A DNA stretch of 64,000 nucleotides from the NCBI GenBank assembly GCA_964016885.1, contig OZ024751.1, positions 38,936,001 through 39,000,000 of the forward strand, read 5' to 3'. The position numbers were made by a program, and so were the translations under genes. Below the pieces are notes generated by a model that had not been told where the DNA came from, made no database searches, and saw only the letters and a list, made by a program, of their open reading frames with translations. Position 1 is the first letter of the stretch. Each line of letters starts with the position of its first letter. Below are positions 45,247-63,101 of this stretch, one piece after another. This DNA is from Eledone cirrhosa (lineage: Eukaryota).

Positions 45247-47299
45247 ATATATATATATATACTCGTCTGTAACTCAAATTCACACACACTCAGTATATTT
45301 CATATATCACTTGGTCCTGGCTTTTACCCCTCTGTTTGCCTCTAGAAGTATTTACCTGAAACGCAATTGCCCGTAATACACCACCCGGAATATTATTCGT
45401 ATTTAATCTCATAATATCATGTATTTTACGTTTCTAACCCTCTCTGCACGTTTATCATTGTTTCACTTCTACCACCTCCCCGAATCTCTAATTTGCCTAA
45501 TCACGTCTTCCTCCTATCACCCTGTTTCTCCCATACAATCACACATTTTCAGTAAGCAAGCAGTTCTTTAATTCATTCTATAATATTTCCCTGTTAACAT
45601 ATCTTCGCTATTCATATTTTCCTTTTCCTTTTAAATTTGTCTCCTTTTTCTGTTGTTTCCATCGATTTGTCTTGTGTTTATAACAATAATTCTCATTAGC
45701 TACATCAATTTCTTCTTGGATGTCGCTCTACTCATTAACTCGCTAGATAGATTCATTTACAATTCTAACCTTCTTCTCCATGATAATCAGTTATTGTTTA
45801 TATTGTTCCAGCTATTAATGCCGCTCGTTTGTGTGTTTATAATCACTTTTATTCATATATGGTTGCAATTGTTGTGGATATTATTGCTGTTCTGAACATA
45901 ATTGACGTTGACGATGTACTTGTTGTTGTTGTTCTTATAGACATTACTGTCGTTCGTTTGAGAGTTATAGGGTTTTTATTATTATATATTGTAGTTGTTA
46001 ATATTATTGCTGTTATTGTTGTTGTTCTATTTCTCATTAATAAATGCTTGTAGTTGTGGGTATTGTTATACCAGTATTTAACATATACTTGTTATTGTTG
46101 TTCTTGTAACAGTTTCTAATATATTACTCTTGTCGTTGTTCTTGCTGCTGTTGTTGTTGTTGTTGTTGTTGCTATTCTCATTAAGATATATTTGTAGCAA
46201 TTGTTGATGTTATTGTTATTGTAACAATTCTTAATATGGTAGTCGTTGTCATTGCCGTTGCTGTTATTGTTGTTGTTCTGACGAGTATCCTTGGAAAATG
46301 CTTGATCCCAATTGACACGAAGTCAGTGTAAAAGACCCCCTTAGATTTATTGCTCCTTATCTCATTCTAATAACTCTTTTATAATCTCTAAGGATATCGG
46401 GGAGAGGGTGGGGCTGAGAGAGAATGCATTATAGTAACATATAGAAATTTGTACCAAACATTAAATCAACCTTCTCTTTCTTGATTGATATGAACAACGT
46501 ACGTGTTCAATGGATTTCACAGTGTTTGTTCTTAACTTGTAGTTTATATCGAAATGTTCACAGTGGGAACTTCAGAAACTAAGAAGAATATTGATGTTGC
46601 TTTTCCAACCTATTTGTTTTAATTGTCTGTCGCCTCATTTCCCGAAGATGAAGGCTATTTCCCATAATAAGCTTTCTTTTGTGTATAGAGTAAGATATGA
46701 ATTATTAGGCCTATCAGTGATCCTAGTTTAAAGAAGACATATGTTCTATCCATAATAGTTTATCTTGTATGATTTCGTTGTAGTTATAGTCTCGTGTTCT
46801 TCTATAACCAAAATATGTTTCAGCCGACCGAATTTAAGTAATTATGACTAGTTCATAATAGACATTCTTTTCTGGATAGAGTAAGATATAAATTATTAGT
46901 CTATCAATGACCACAGTTTAAAAAGACATGTTCTATTCAGAATAGTAATTTATACTGTAGGCTTATTTATAGTTATATCTCATATTCTTCCTCTAGAACT
47001 AAAGGAGGTTCCAATCGACAACATTTGAATAAATATGGAAGGCTTTTATGGAAAACAAAACAACTATAATGATTTATTATTTGTCACTTTTCTAAAACAA
47101 AAATAACTACAAAAAAATAGAAATAACAATAACGACAACGACAGCATCGATAATCTTTAATGTGTTGCTATCTCCAATTATTCTCTTTCTAGAAAGGCGT
47201 GTATGAAATAATGTTTCCATATAGTTTATTAGTTTATTACGAAGAGGCATAGTTACAGATTACAACAGATATATAGATCCCGATAAGATGACCACAAGG

Positions 47300-47333
<34 letters not shown>

Positions 47334-47338
47334 GTAAA

Positions 47339-47657
47339 ATAACAGATTGATGTTTAAGCAAAGAATCGCTGCTTTCACCCTTAACGGCATCTTCTGAAAC
47401 TAAAACAATCAATCTGTGAACGCAGAAGTAAATATTTCGAAAAACGTTGCAACCGAAAAGTATAGTCTTCCTGTTTTCCTTCGGTTGCAACGTTTTTCGA
47501 AATATTTACGTCTGCGTTAAGGGTGAAATCAGCGATTCTTTGCTTAAACTTTAATCTGTTATCTTAATAAATATTAGCTCTACGGTTCTTATATATTTGA
47601 TATATATTTATCCTTATCGAGCCCTCTTTGGATTTTAGTCTTCAAATTTATTATTAT

Positions 47658-47660
<3 letters not shown>
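47339..47660 (+). mobile_element. Fold-back palindromic element with asymmetric bulge and 3' tail
   Basis: Inverted arms 47339-47457 and 47480-47562, with ~34 extra nt in the left arm. The tail at ~47590-47660 recurs in reverse complement at 45170-45246. TA flanks. Confidence 0.75.
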
Positions 47661-47735
<75 letters not shown>

Positions 47736-48619
47736 ATTTATGTATATATCGTTTATTTTAAATGAAAACACCATTTAGATGTATGATTTACTTAGCCACG
47801 ATTTTAAAAGAACATAAAGAGAATGTATGTCAGATAGACGTAGCTTACCAAGAGTAAGGGGGGAGGGGTAAAATATATCTGTGCCATTCATTTTAGTTAT
47901 TCTTTTAGAAGTGAAAATAGATTGGTATCTTAGTGGAATATAGTTCTACACAATCTTCAGATCTAGTGTAACGTATTTTTAAGATCTGATAACTTCTTGG
48001 CATTTTGTCATTTTTCTGTGATCTCTAACAATTTCACACATGTCGCTTGCTTACTTAAGTAATAAGGATTCAGCTGAAGAACAAATTCTATTATTCAACA
48101 ATTGTGTTTCCCCGAGTAGCATCAGAAACTTCAGCAAATGATCCTTTTTTAAGCGGGAAATGAAACTGCTTTCACTTCGCAAATCAGTAGCGAGATGTTT
48201 ATTGACCCAGCTCGATGCATTCATACACACATTGAACTTAAGTTAAATCATTTTGGATATTAACCACATTTAGCTCCGCTCCTAGCTCTCCCATAAAATA
48301 TCGCTTCCCTATTTAGAAATATAGTCTAATATTTACTAAATTAGCAAATGATATTATTTAACAAATGTACTTCTCTCAAAAGTACTAGTAGCATTATGTA
48401 AAACGAAGGTAGTTTAAGGAAGATACGAAACGCGCTTATAGCCAATAAGCAGCTTAATGATTGATATACAGGGCCAATCTATATAATTAATACCGATTTA
48501 AAATTAATCATTGTGTATCTCTCCCAATAGAATTAGAAAAACATAAGGAATGTGTATTCTTTTAAAGTTGGGTAGGAAACTACCTTATGTCACTTCGGAA
48601 TCATTCAGTGAAAAATTGG

Positions 48620-49040
48620 ACACAGTGTGACCGAATGGTTAAATAGTTATCTTCGTAATCATTACGTGCCGGGTTCAATCCTAGGGTATGGCACCTTACG
48701 AATTGGTAATTTACAGAAACATCGGGGTAGTTACTATCATGTTAGTGACATTTAGTAGATGGAAAGTGTTTGGAATTTAATCAACTGGACTGTTCTTGTA
48801 ATTCAAACACCCAGCCTTGTCACACACATACACACAGACAGACACGCGTCCGCACACACACACACACACACACAGACACACACAGAAACACATAGACACA
48901 CATACTGAGAGGCTGAATCTCTCTGAGATTTATGTTAAAAGTGCATTTGTATTTGTAATGCTCAGCCACTAATACGTTAATTTCATGAGCTGCAGGATTC
49001 CTTCATCAAACAAATGTAACCCTCATCGTAGACATCGACG
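48620..49040 (+). mobile_element. Decayed tRNA-headed SINE(s)
   Basis: TGACCGAATGGTTAA...GGGTTCAATCC head. The downstream CCAGCCTTGTCACAC...GCTGAATCTC...GCTCAGCCACT block recurs in reverse complement at ~26010-26105. Confidence 0.55.
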
Positions 49041-50356
49041 CAGATCCTTTCCTTTGGTCAACAGTAACCCATCACTCGCATACATATATACACAGTGAAT
49101 TAAAATTTGTAGAAAACACTTTGGTTACTCACAACGTTTAGCTAGAGAAAACTGCAGGAAAGAAGATAACAGAGTCGATATTAGGAATTCTCTCTAGAAT
49201 TCACATAAATTCATAAATGTCCCTTCAACTACAGAAAATCTGATACGTTTTCAGTCTACAAAGTCTTGATTCTTTTCTTCCGATTATACAGAGAAATCAT
49301 CATCATTATTATTAGTATTTTAAATATTATTATTTTTATTATTATTATTATTATTATTTTCTTATAAGTTTCCTTTTCTTTTGAATATAAAGAATAAAGA
49401 ATCACGCTTTCGTGTAGCTGCATTGATTTAAAACTGTTTGTTTATAAAACGATACTATATAAATCTCCCCACTAGGAATTCAGTAAGTGCTGTCCAACTT
49501 GAGCAACAACTTGTCAATATTATTCGAAAATGTCTAGGAAATCTTGCTGTGCAGGGGGACACAAGACGTAGATATCTTTCCCATCAATTTGCCACCTTGA
49601 CAAATTTCTAAAAACTTGTTTGATTTACTAATAAATCTTCATTTCTCTAGACGGTCATCCCACATCTTCTCTAGCAGTGTGAAACTGTACCAACTATTTC
49701 GTAAGCTGATTTGAGAGTGGATGTAATATCGTTTACATCGAATGCTATAATATTGGTTGTTTTTAAAAAGAGATAACACAGACCTTTAAATATAAACAAA
49801 TGTATAGAACGAGAATTATATATTAAACATTGACAGAAAACACCGGGAAAATATTTTACACTAAATACGTTTTCTGATAAAACCGGTGATACGATACAAA
49901 ACATTTCAACTGAAGTCTAACTAGAGATATCGATAATATTTTACATCTATAGATAATAATATAAACTAAGTAAAAAATATATTCTGAAAAACGGTATTTA
50001 GTATAAAAGGCTATATGGAACACATACGGAATATTTATGTAAAATACGTAGTCTTTCTACTGGTACTATAAACTGCGGTGATATCACAGCTACCTCAGAA
50101 GAGAGATTATTGTTCGAGTGCATTATTTTAACGTATATATACATCATAAATAAAGAATTCAAAGATAGTTAATCTGATATATCTCCATCGGGATCCACCA
50201 TTAATATTGTTTCTGTTTTGTCGACTACATAATTTATAATTAGCCTTCTTTTAAAGTAGGTAGTTAAATTCATCAAGAGAAAACTTGGACGTGAAAATAA
50301 AGTGATTTTGAATCTGTCGTATTTCGTAGAGATTTAGTGTATTTAAACAGGAACAG

Positions 50357-53398
<3,042 letters not shown>

Positions 53399-54154
53399 AA
53401 TATTTCATTCATAAATATATTTCAAAATGTCATAAGGTAAGACAATAAATATGAAAGTAAATCATAAAGATATATTTGAACAATATCTGTAGCAATTCTC
53501 AGCCTCTGATCACATCAGCATCTTAATATATAACTTTTAAATATTTCTATTTCCCCACAGAGTTTATTTTATTAACTAACTTTAAAATGTCCATACTTCT
53601 TTTTCCGCTCAAATACGCAAATACCGTATCCAAAGTATTTTTACAGCAGATCCATCAACCTATAAAATAGAATGTAGATATTAGTGTTATAATCTGTATC
53701 AATATATAACACACTCTTTTAACATTGATAGCATCCATATAAATTTTGCCATGTCGAGAAATATCGAAAATTAATATCCTCCCTGCAGATGCCTTACGTT
53801 TTATGACATCAATCTGTCGCCTTTGATAATTTTGTCCAGAATTTCATTACAGAGAGAGCGACGAGGAAAGGAATTCATAGGATCGGAATATTATAAAATA
53901 TCAAAGAAAACATTTTGGTAAATCACGAATTTTTATTATAATGCAAAATGCCCCTTGCACCGTAGCAAATAAATCGAAATATTTATTTGAGAGTGACGAC
54001 TAGTATATCACTTCCTTAATATTCCTTCATGTCGTTTGTTAAACTAAATCATCAAAGAAAATTTGTAAGATGTCGACTGAAACAATGCTGCGACTTAAAA
54101 CGGTAAAATAAACTTCAAATTATTATATATAAACCATCATTATTATATCGAGAT

Positions 54155-54370
54155 GGCGGTAGATTGGCAGTATCAGTAGAAGCTCTGACGCCATGCTTTG
54201 CAGCGAAGAGTTATGACACTTTATGATCCGAGTTCAAATCCCACCGAGGTTAACTTTGTCTTTCATCCTTATGGTATAGATAAAATAAAGTAACAGTGAA
54301 GCACTGGAGTCGATTTAATCGACCTTCCCCTCTCCCCCAAATTACTGGCCTTGTGCCTATATACGAAACC
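54155..54370 (+). mobile_element. SINE S1, long variant
   Basis: Carries an extra GTCGATTTAATCGAC...CCCC segment. TSD CATTATTATAT(C/T)GAG (54138-54152 / 54370-54384). Confidence 0.88.
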
Positions 54371-54389
54371 ATTATTATATTGAGTCTTA

Positions 54390-54608
54390 GAGCGGGTCTC
54401 AACAGAATTGTTAAAGTGTCGTATGAAATATTTGTTCGTGTGTAGCCACGGCCATTTACGTTCTGAATTCAAATTCTACCAAATTCAACGACCTGACATT
54501 CTTTAGGGATCGATTAATTTAAAGTACCGGCGAAGTACTGGGGTGAATTTAATCAACTTCCTCTACTACCAAATTACTGGCATTCAGCCTAAATTAGAAA
54601 TTCTATTA
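54390..54608 (+). mobile_element. Older S1-related SINE
   Basis: Degenerate TTCTGAATTCAAATTC...AAAGTACCGGCGAAGTACTGGGGT...GCCTAAATTAGAAA. Confidence 0.7.
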
Positions 54609-55037
54609 GGTCACGAGACCTGAAATGTATATTAAAGTAAATCAAATTTTCTATAGTACATCATAATAACGTATCTTGTCTCTTTCGTGGTTTCAGTAAA
54701 TTTAAAGAAATTGTTATTGTTTTTAGTATTTAAATGAAATATGTTTTCCTAGGAGATTTTTTTTCTATAAAATTTTACTAGATTAATTTTATCGACCAAG
54801 GGATACTGATGGACAAATTGGACCTCAGCGGAATTATGTTTGAGATTAAGGTTATAGTAGTTTCTATCACCAAACAAATGAAAAACAGGAATTATACCAA
54901 ATACAAATATTATTTACACAATAATATACATTGATATAATAAAAATGAAAGAATTACCTATAAGAAGGATACACTCTAAAACGATATTTTATACAAGTAA
55001 ATTTCCTCATCAGAACGAGGTAAATAACAATATTAAT

Positions 55038-55228
55038 AATTGTTTCTACTTTTGGCACAAGGCCAGCAATTTCCTCCAGTGCATTACTGGTACTTTATTT
55101 TATCGACCTCGTAAGGATAAAAGGCAAATTTAACCTCGGCGGGATTTGAACTCAGATCGTAAAGAGCCGTAACTCTATGCTGCAAAGCATGGCGTCCGAC
55201 CCTCTACTGATACTGCCAATCCACCGCC
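55038..55228 (-). mobile_element. SINE S1
   Basis: Full-length reverse-complement match. Confidence 0.9.
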
Positions 55229-55279
55229 AAGTTATAATAGTAATAATGATAAAAATAATAATAGTAGTAATAATAATCG

Positions 55280-55356
<77 letters not shown>

Positions 55357-55721
55357 ATAGTAGTAATAATACTAGTAATGATAATATAAATAAGGACAAT
55401 AATAATAACAATGATAACGATAATAACGATAATATATATGGAAGTATAAATGGAAGAATAGATTACGACATACGGACAGCTAAGAGATATAATGATAGAG
55501 ATGAGGGAGGGAGTGGGGACGGAAGACAATAATGGTAAAACAAAGAATATAGAAAGGAATAATCTAGGCGAATGTAATAAAAACTAAGTAGAATGACAAA
55601 GAAAACTAAAGACAAACAAAAAAACAAACTCTTTGACATTTCGATGTATGAAGCAGACGACAGTTTTGATATCTGATGGTTTGGATTGGATTTCAGACAA
55701 TGTTTTTTGTTGACTAGATAG

Positions 55722-56203
55722 ATGATGGTGGAGGTGGTGTTGGTGTTCATGGTGGTGGTGGTGGTGGTGGTGATGGTGTTCATGGTGGTGGTGGTGGTGG
55801 TGGTGGTGATGCTGGTGTTCATGGTGGTGATGGTGGTGGGGGTAATGGTGGTAGTGGTGTTGGTGGTGGTGGCGGTGGTGATAATGGTGGTGTTGGTGGC
55901 GTTGGTGCTACTGGTGGTGGTGGTAATGGTGGTGTTGGTGGTGTTGATGCTGCTGGTTGTGGTGGTGGTGGTGGTGGTAATGGTGGTGGTGGTAATGGTG
56001 ATGATGGTGGTGTTGGTGGTTTTCGTAGTGGTGGAGGTGGTAGTATTCGTGGTGATAGTGGTACTGGTGGTGATGGTGGTTATGGTGGTACTGGTGGTGA
56101 TGGTGGTGATGGTGGTTATGGTGGTACTGGTGGTGATGGTGGTTATGGTGGTACTGGTGGTGATGGTGGTTATGGTGGTACTGGTGGTGATGGTGGTGGT
56201 GGT
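55722..56203. repeat. (GGT)n-derived array with higher-order units
   Basis: Repeated GGTACTGGTGGTGATGGTGGTTATGGT units. Confidence 0.9.
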
Positions 56204-56340
56204 AATAGAGGGATGGAGTAATAATTATTTTCTACAATTATGCATATTCTTTTAATACCAATCAATCTGTATACTATCTTTTAAGTCACACAAACATACG
56301 TACGTATATATATTTATATACAAAAACACACAAAGACATC

Positions 56341-56437
<97 letters not shown>

Positions 56438-56456
56438 TACACATACACATACACAT

Positions 56457-56559
<103 letters not shown>

Positions 56560-56796
56560 ATGTAATTTAGAAAGAAGAGCAAAGGAAAAAAGAGTGCTCT
56601 ATGTATAGAACAAAGCTGTCTGACATCGCTATCTGACGACCAATCCAGACGTATATTTATATTGTTTGGGATCCAGAAACCTTTGGTAATGAAGTAGTTA
56701 TATTTTGTGTTGTTCACTTTCTAATTTTATATATATATATAAATATATGCGTCTGTGTATATATATTTTGATATTTCGCCATAAATTTCTCATTCT

Positions 56797-56834
56797 AGTT
56801 TCTGATGAAAGACTAGCATCCGAAAATTAAGACT
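56797..56834 (+). ncRNA. Degenerate minimal hammerhead motif
   Basis: AGTTT-CTGATGA-AAGACTAGCATCC-GAAA-AT-TA^AGACT. Core and stem I present, stem II poorly paired. Related decayed copies at ~15075-15100 and ~1542-1570. Confidence 0.5.
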
Positions 56835-56971
56835 TTTCCTACTTTACCAAGCGTGAAACTTGTACTTCTTCATTGTACTGTGTATTTAGCTATGTTACTT
56901 CTTTTATCTTTTCCACACACACAAACACATACAGACAGACACACACACATATATATATATATACATATATA

Positions 56972-57004
<33 letters not shown>

Positions 57005-57006
<2 letters not shown>

Positions 57007-57101
57007 CAAAGGAATTGTGGTAAGGAACCAAATGGACCATAACGCAGAAATAGCTGTCGAAATGGCTTGAGCTCTGCCGTCGGGGTCATACGTTTTCCTA
57101 C
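57005..57101 (-). mobile_element. Hairpin-tail family A, internally deleted copy
   Basis: Tail end (AACAAAGGAATTGTGGTAAGGAACC...) is joined directly to the distal arm (...GTCGAAATGGCTTGAGCTCTGCCGTCGGGGTC); one arm is lost. (TA)n flanks. Confidence 0.8.
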
Positions 57102-57106
57102 TATAT

Positions 57107-57138
<32 letters not shown>

Positions 57139-57624
57139 GGTTCTGCCGTTTTCGTCTACGGAATTCCACACACCAAGCATTGGTCAACCCGAGGCTAGAG
57201 TAAAAGAAAGACGTGTCCATTTATTACAATTTCCGGTCGTTTCACATTGTGTTTTCGTTGATACAACAATGTCAATTCCATATATTGATCCTATACAGTT
57301 TATGTATGAAGCGTATGATTCTATTTCACATGAAGGTTTCCCTTGGACATTGATGGAATTTGACTGTAACAACACTGAGTTTGTTATATTATATTAGGGG
57401 AAACAGAACACCAAGCCTCACAACAAACTAGTTCCGGTCAGACGTCTGTAGAATATTTTAAACAAACACATAAATGGTGTTATCGTGTTAGCTTACGATG
57501 TTAAAAAAAAATGTATGGTCGGTTGAGTGTCAAGCTGGTGGAATGTCCAAGTCATTAGAAGGCAAGAGGTAATTAAACTATGAGGTTTCTAGTGAACATA
57601 GTCGCCTTAGTTCATTCAAATAAC

Positions 57625-57755
57625 AATTGTTTCTACATTTTGCACGAGGCCAGCAATTATCCCAGTGCATTATTGAGCTCAGATCGTAAAGGGAAGTAAC
57701 TCCATGGTGCAAAGCATGGCGTCCGACCCTCTACTGATACTGCCAATTCACCGCC
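57625..57755 (-). mobile_element. SINE S1 lacking its central domain
   Basis: Head joined to tail at CAGTGCATTATT|GAGCTCAGATCG. TSD TCAAATAA(C/T)AAT (57616-57627 / 57757-57768). Confidence 0.82.
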
Positions 57756-57785
57756 ATCAAATAATAATAATACATCGTGGCCATA

Positions 57786-57943
57786 TTGTTTCTACGTTTG
57801 GCACAAGGCCAGCAATTATCCCAGTGCATTACTGGTACTTTATTTTATCGACCCCCGTAAGGATAAGAGGCAAAGTTAATCACGGCGGGACTTGAACTCA
57901 TACCGTAAAGGGCCGTAACTCTATGCTGCTAAGCATGGCGTCT
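57786..57943 (-). mobile_element. SINE S1, 5'-truncated
   Basis: TSD GTGG(C/T)CATATT (57777-57787 / 57944-57954). Confidence 0.85.
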
Positions 57944-58139
57944 GTGGTCATATTTAAATTATAGGCTACATGAACCCAAGTCGTTAGGGACAATACAGGG
58001 ATGGAATACAAAGAGTGAGGTTCAAATGGGGTGAAGGGAGTGGGAGACATCAACAAGGGATCATGGTAGATAGGATAATCGTGTTTGTTATAATAATACT
58101 AATAATAATAAACTTACTACTACATCTAGTATGACGCAC

Positions 58140-58221
58140 CACCAAAACCACCACAACCTCTACCACCACGATACTTTTACCACTACTACTACTACGACTA
58201 TTAAAACTACTACTACTACTG

Positions 58222-58296
<75 letters not shown>

Positions 58297-58336
58297 TCAT
58301 GAAGTACTGACACAACCACCACCACCACAATACTTT

Positions 58337-58404
<68 letters not shown>

Positions 58405-58500
58405 TAACTACTATTACTACTACTCTCATGAAGTACCGACACAACCACCACCACCACAATACTTTTACTATTACTACTACTATTACTACTACTACTACTG

Positions 58501-58537
<37 letters not shown>

Positions 58538-58593
58538 CACTACTATTACTACTACTACTACTACTACTAATGCTGCTGCTGCAGCTGCTGCTG

Positions 58594-58660
<67 letters not shown>
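58140..58660. repeat. (TAC)n array with duplicated ~130-bp higher-order unit
   Basis: TCATGAAGTAC(T/C)GACACAACCACCACCACCACAATACTTTTAC occurs at ~58297 and ~58426. Confidence 0.88.
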
Positions 58661-58852
58661 TGAGAGAATATCTACTTTAGGGTGTTTGGGCTTGATAGCC
58701 AATGCTGGCTGCAGTATAGTTCGGTGTTATAGTTCATACAAACGGAACAGCTCTTCAATCATTTTACTCTGGAGATTAAAAACACTGTTGCATTGCATTT
58801 CGTGTCTACAGCTTACAACACAAGATGGACGGCAAGACATTGCATTATATAT

Positions 58853-58917
<65 letters not shown>

Positions 58918-59042
58918 CACGCATAATAATATGCAAAACTTTATGTATGCGTTAATTTATATATATATATATATATATGTAGGCAGAGAGACGGGTATAT
59001 GTATATATTTATGTGGATATTTAAACATTATTTATCTATGCG

Positions 59043-59165
<123 letters not shown>

Positions 59166-59324
59166 ATATATATATGAGTATGTGTGTGAGTGTTGTGTGT
59201 GTGTGTGTGTGAACGTATTTGGTTTGGTGGTCAAATTTATTTGGACTTACAAGCAGAATGTGGTTTCGACTCCTGGACCGGGTTTTGTGTTGTTTGCTTG
59301 AGCAACAACATTATAAAGAGAGTT

Positions 59325-59436
<112 letters not shown>

Positions 59437-60178
59437 AAACAAGTGAGATAAATAGAAGTTGTCTGATGATTTTCTGAATTTCTCCGATTTCTGGAACTTA
59501 GAAGAATGGTTGGGTTCTTAGATACAGAGTGATCTTATTTTTGACATCACGTATACTATGGAATTGTAGAATTACTTTAGAATCCATTGAATAAACGCTA
59601 TAAATTCTTCATTGTTTCGGAATCAGATTTTGTGCATTCTTATTGTTTATTTCGCTTATATGAAGTAGCTGATAGGAAATAAAGCAGAAATAGTCTTTTA
59701 TTTCAGACATATTGTATTTTATTTCCTTGTTCATTCTTTTAGCAATGGTGTTATGAAAACCATTAGCTGGGATGAGAGTGGGAGAGGGTAACATTACGCT
59801 AGTGATCCAGTATTAAACAATTGTACTGGAATAGTTTTTACTTGTCTAGTTGGTAATTCGCAGTACAGGAGCATTCATTCTTGCTTTGATAACAACGCGG
59901 TGGGAGCATTAAAAACAACAAGAACAGCAGCAAATAATACATGATATAGTGGGTTAGAATGGATGGCTTCCAAATGAAATGAAATGGAACACTGATCTTA
60001 GTTTAGTGGAAATATGATAACAAGGAAAGCTTACATAGAGCCTCCGTCGGACAGATAGGGGGATATAGGGAAAATATGGGAGATATAGGGAGATATATAA
60101 TGTTAGATGAAGCTGTAATGGAGCGAGAGAGAATGAAAAACATATAGGAATTATAAAAAAAGTCATCAAAGAATAAGG

Positions 60179-60251
<73 letters not shown>

Positions 60252-60258
60252 CATACAA

Positions 60259-60292
<34 letters not shown>

Positions 60293-60433
60293 GCAAGCAT
60301 ATATATATATATACGTATATACAAACACATTCATATATATAAACACAAATATATACATAAACATATCTATCTATATATATACATATATACATGGACAAAC
60401 AGATACATATATACGTATATCTATATAAATATA

Positions 60434-60483
<50 letters not shown>

Positions 60484-61291
60484 TATATATATATACATAT
60501 ATCATTAATATCATTATTATTATTATTATATACTGCCATTAAATGTGAGGTTCGATAAAAATGGACATGGCGTTCATTCAGACGTGAAGTGAGAATAAGG
60601 AAGAAACCTGGGCGGAGGAGTGGAGGCGAATGTAGTCTGGCTTAGTGGCCATGTACAGGGGTGAAGCAAAAGAAACAAACAGTAAAAGCAGATGTATCAT
60701 CATTAGCTAAGTGTTAATTCTAGCATATGTAGAATGTGCAGTGAACGGCATTAATGAAGCACAGGATACATCAACACAAATGAATATTTGGTCTTGTGAA
60801 CTTCACCTACACCACAAACTCTTCCCCACACACACCACCAACACTTCACCACCCACACCACCAACACATTACCAACGCTAACAACACTTCTCCACCCACA
60901 CCGCCTAAATATTCAGTCCACAATGTCGAATTATAATTGATGGAGCGGTAACCGTTTTTAGATATAGTTAAAGGTTCAACAATATCAGCAAAAGCTCAAA
61001 AACGAAAATCTATTATTTAGAAATAATTCTTTTCCTCGTGGGTTCCCATAATTTTTATTCAACTGATAGATCCCGTCATTCCAATTTGGTTCTTTGGATC
61101 ATTCAGGAACCATTTATTGGCATCATTTGTCTACAGTTCAGTAGGTTTCTCTTAAATTAGATGAGAATGAGCAATATGTGAGCAATATATATATATATAT
61201 ATATACGGTATATATATATAGGTAAGCGTGTATATGTGTCTGTATATATATATGTGTGTAAATATATATATGCATACAGAGACATCCTCAT

Positions 61292-61333
<42 letters not shown>

Positions 61334-62009
61334 TTACACACATATATATATATATATATATATTTACATATATATGTATACATACATACACACATGCATA
61401 TATATATATATATGTTTGTGTGTGTGAGTGTGTGTGTGGGGGGGTGTATCTGTGTGTGTATAACTTTCGGTAGAATATCTCGTCCGTGCAGAGCTGGTTT
61501 TTATAGTCCCGGCTAATCTGCAAAGCCAAACAACGTCATAGCACCATTTTGCATTTGTAAGAGATCGACGCAATATTGCGCAAAAGCTTTCGGATGTTTA
61601 CTAAATGGTGAACAAATGGAATATATATGATGGAATTAGCATTCACTAGAATGTTCCATAACCATGGATAGAAAGGAAAGAATGAAGTAGCATTGACGTG
61701 AATGTTCTAAACGTTCCATAACATGGATACTGAAGAAAGAGTAAAGGAAAATAAAAAAAGAGAAAATATTTTCATCATTATTCTATTTGGAAAAACGTTT
61801 ACCGGAGAGAACTTCTATGGATTCGCCTTGATTCGTGATTTTTTTTTTTTTTTTTTGCAACGCAACCGAACATACATCCGCATTCTTTACCATCTACCTC
61901 TTCCCCTGGTAGTAATACTACTACTGATATTACTAATATTGATAAGAATAACAATAACACGACCACCACCACCGTTACTATTGTTACTACTAGATGTAGC
62001 GATAAAAAT

Positions 62010-62200
62010 AATAGCTTCTAACTTAGAAACAAGGCCAGCATTTTGAGAAATTCTGATTATATTGATTCCAGTACCTTCCTTTATTAAGCCCGGAATGATG
62101 AAAATAAAGTTCACCTTTGTTGGATTTGAACTTAAATTGAACGTAAATTGCCGTAACTATATATCACAAAGAAGTTTGCTGAATGCTCTAACGAACATGA
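62010..62200 (-). mobile_element. Degenerate S1-related SINE
   Basis: TTCTAACTTAGAAACAAGGCCAGCA...GGAATGATGAAAATAAAGTTCACC...GGATTTGAACT. Confidence 0.65.
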
Positions 62201-62332
62201 ATTCAAGGCTTTGTGTATGTGTGTGTATGCGCGTGTGTATGATTTAAGTAAACAATGCATTCGCTTGAGGATCGATTTCAAACTGATTAGAAGGGGATTG
62301 ATATTTGGGCATTCTCTCCTATAAAATATATG

Positions 62333-62369
<37 letters not shown>

Positions 62370-62388
62370 ATTTATGTGTATATATATA

Positions 62389-62481
<93 letters not shown>

Positions 62482-62897
62482 ATATGAGTCTTCGAAAACA
62501 AAATAAAACATTGAAAACAATTGCAACATCTTCTTGGGCGTCAGCTTTCATCAGCAACCAAATACTACTTATTTAATTTTCTAGTAGACGAAAAAGAGTT
62601 TGAAATTTCCCCGAATGTATTGTTGTGTTTTAGAAGACAATAGCACGAGTTTTTGACAGATTGTTGGCGTTATAAATCTGCTTAAGTCCTCTGGGAGTTA
62701 TAGACACAATGGTAGCTTTTATCTTGGATGAACATATTGCTATTTTGGAAGAAACATGAAAGTCGCCAAGAAACCTTTTGTGATTTCAGAATATAAAAAA
62801 AAATTACCTTGCCAGTTCTGACTGTCTATCTGTCTATGTCTATATTTTCTTTCCCTCTCTATCTCGCACACACACACACACATACACACACACACAC

Positions 62898-62949
<52 letters not shown>

Positions 62950-62974
62950 ATATGTATATATGTATGTACATCTA

Positions 62975-63042
<68 letters not shown>

Positions 63043-63059
63043 AATATATATATATATAC

Positions 63060-63101
<42 letters not shown>

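Noticed and set aside
47360-47400. Hammerhead-like CAGAAGA...GAAA on the minus strand
   Set aside because: U4 is substituted and there is no stem I pairing.
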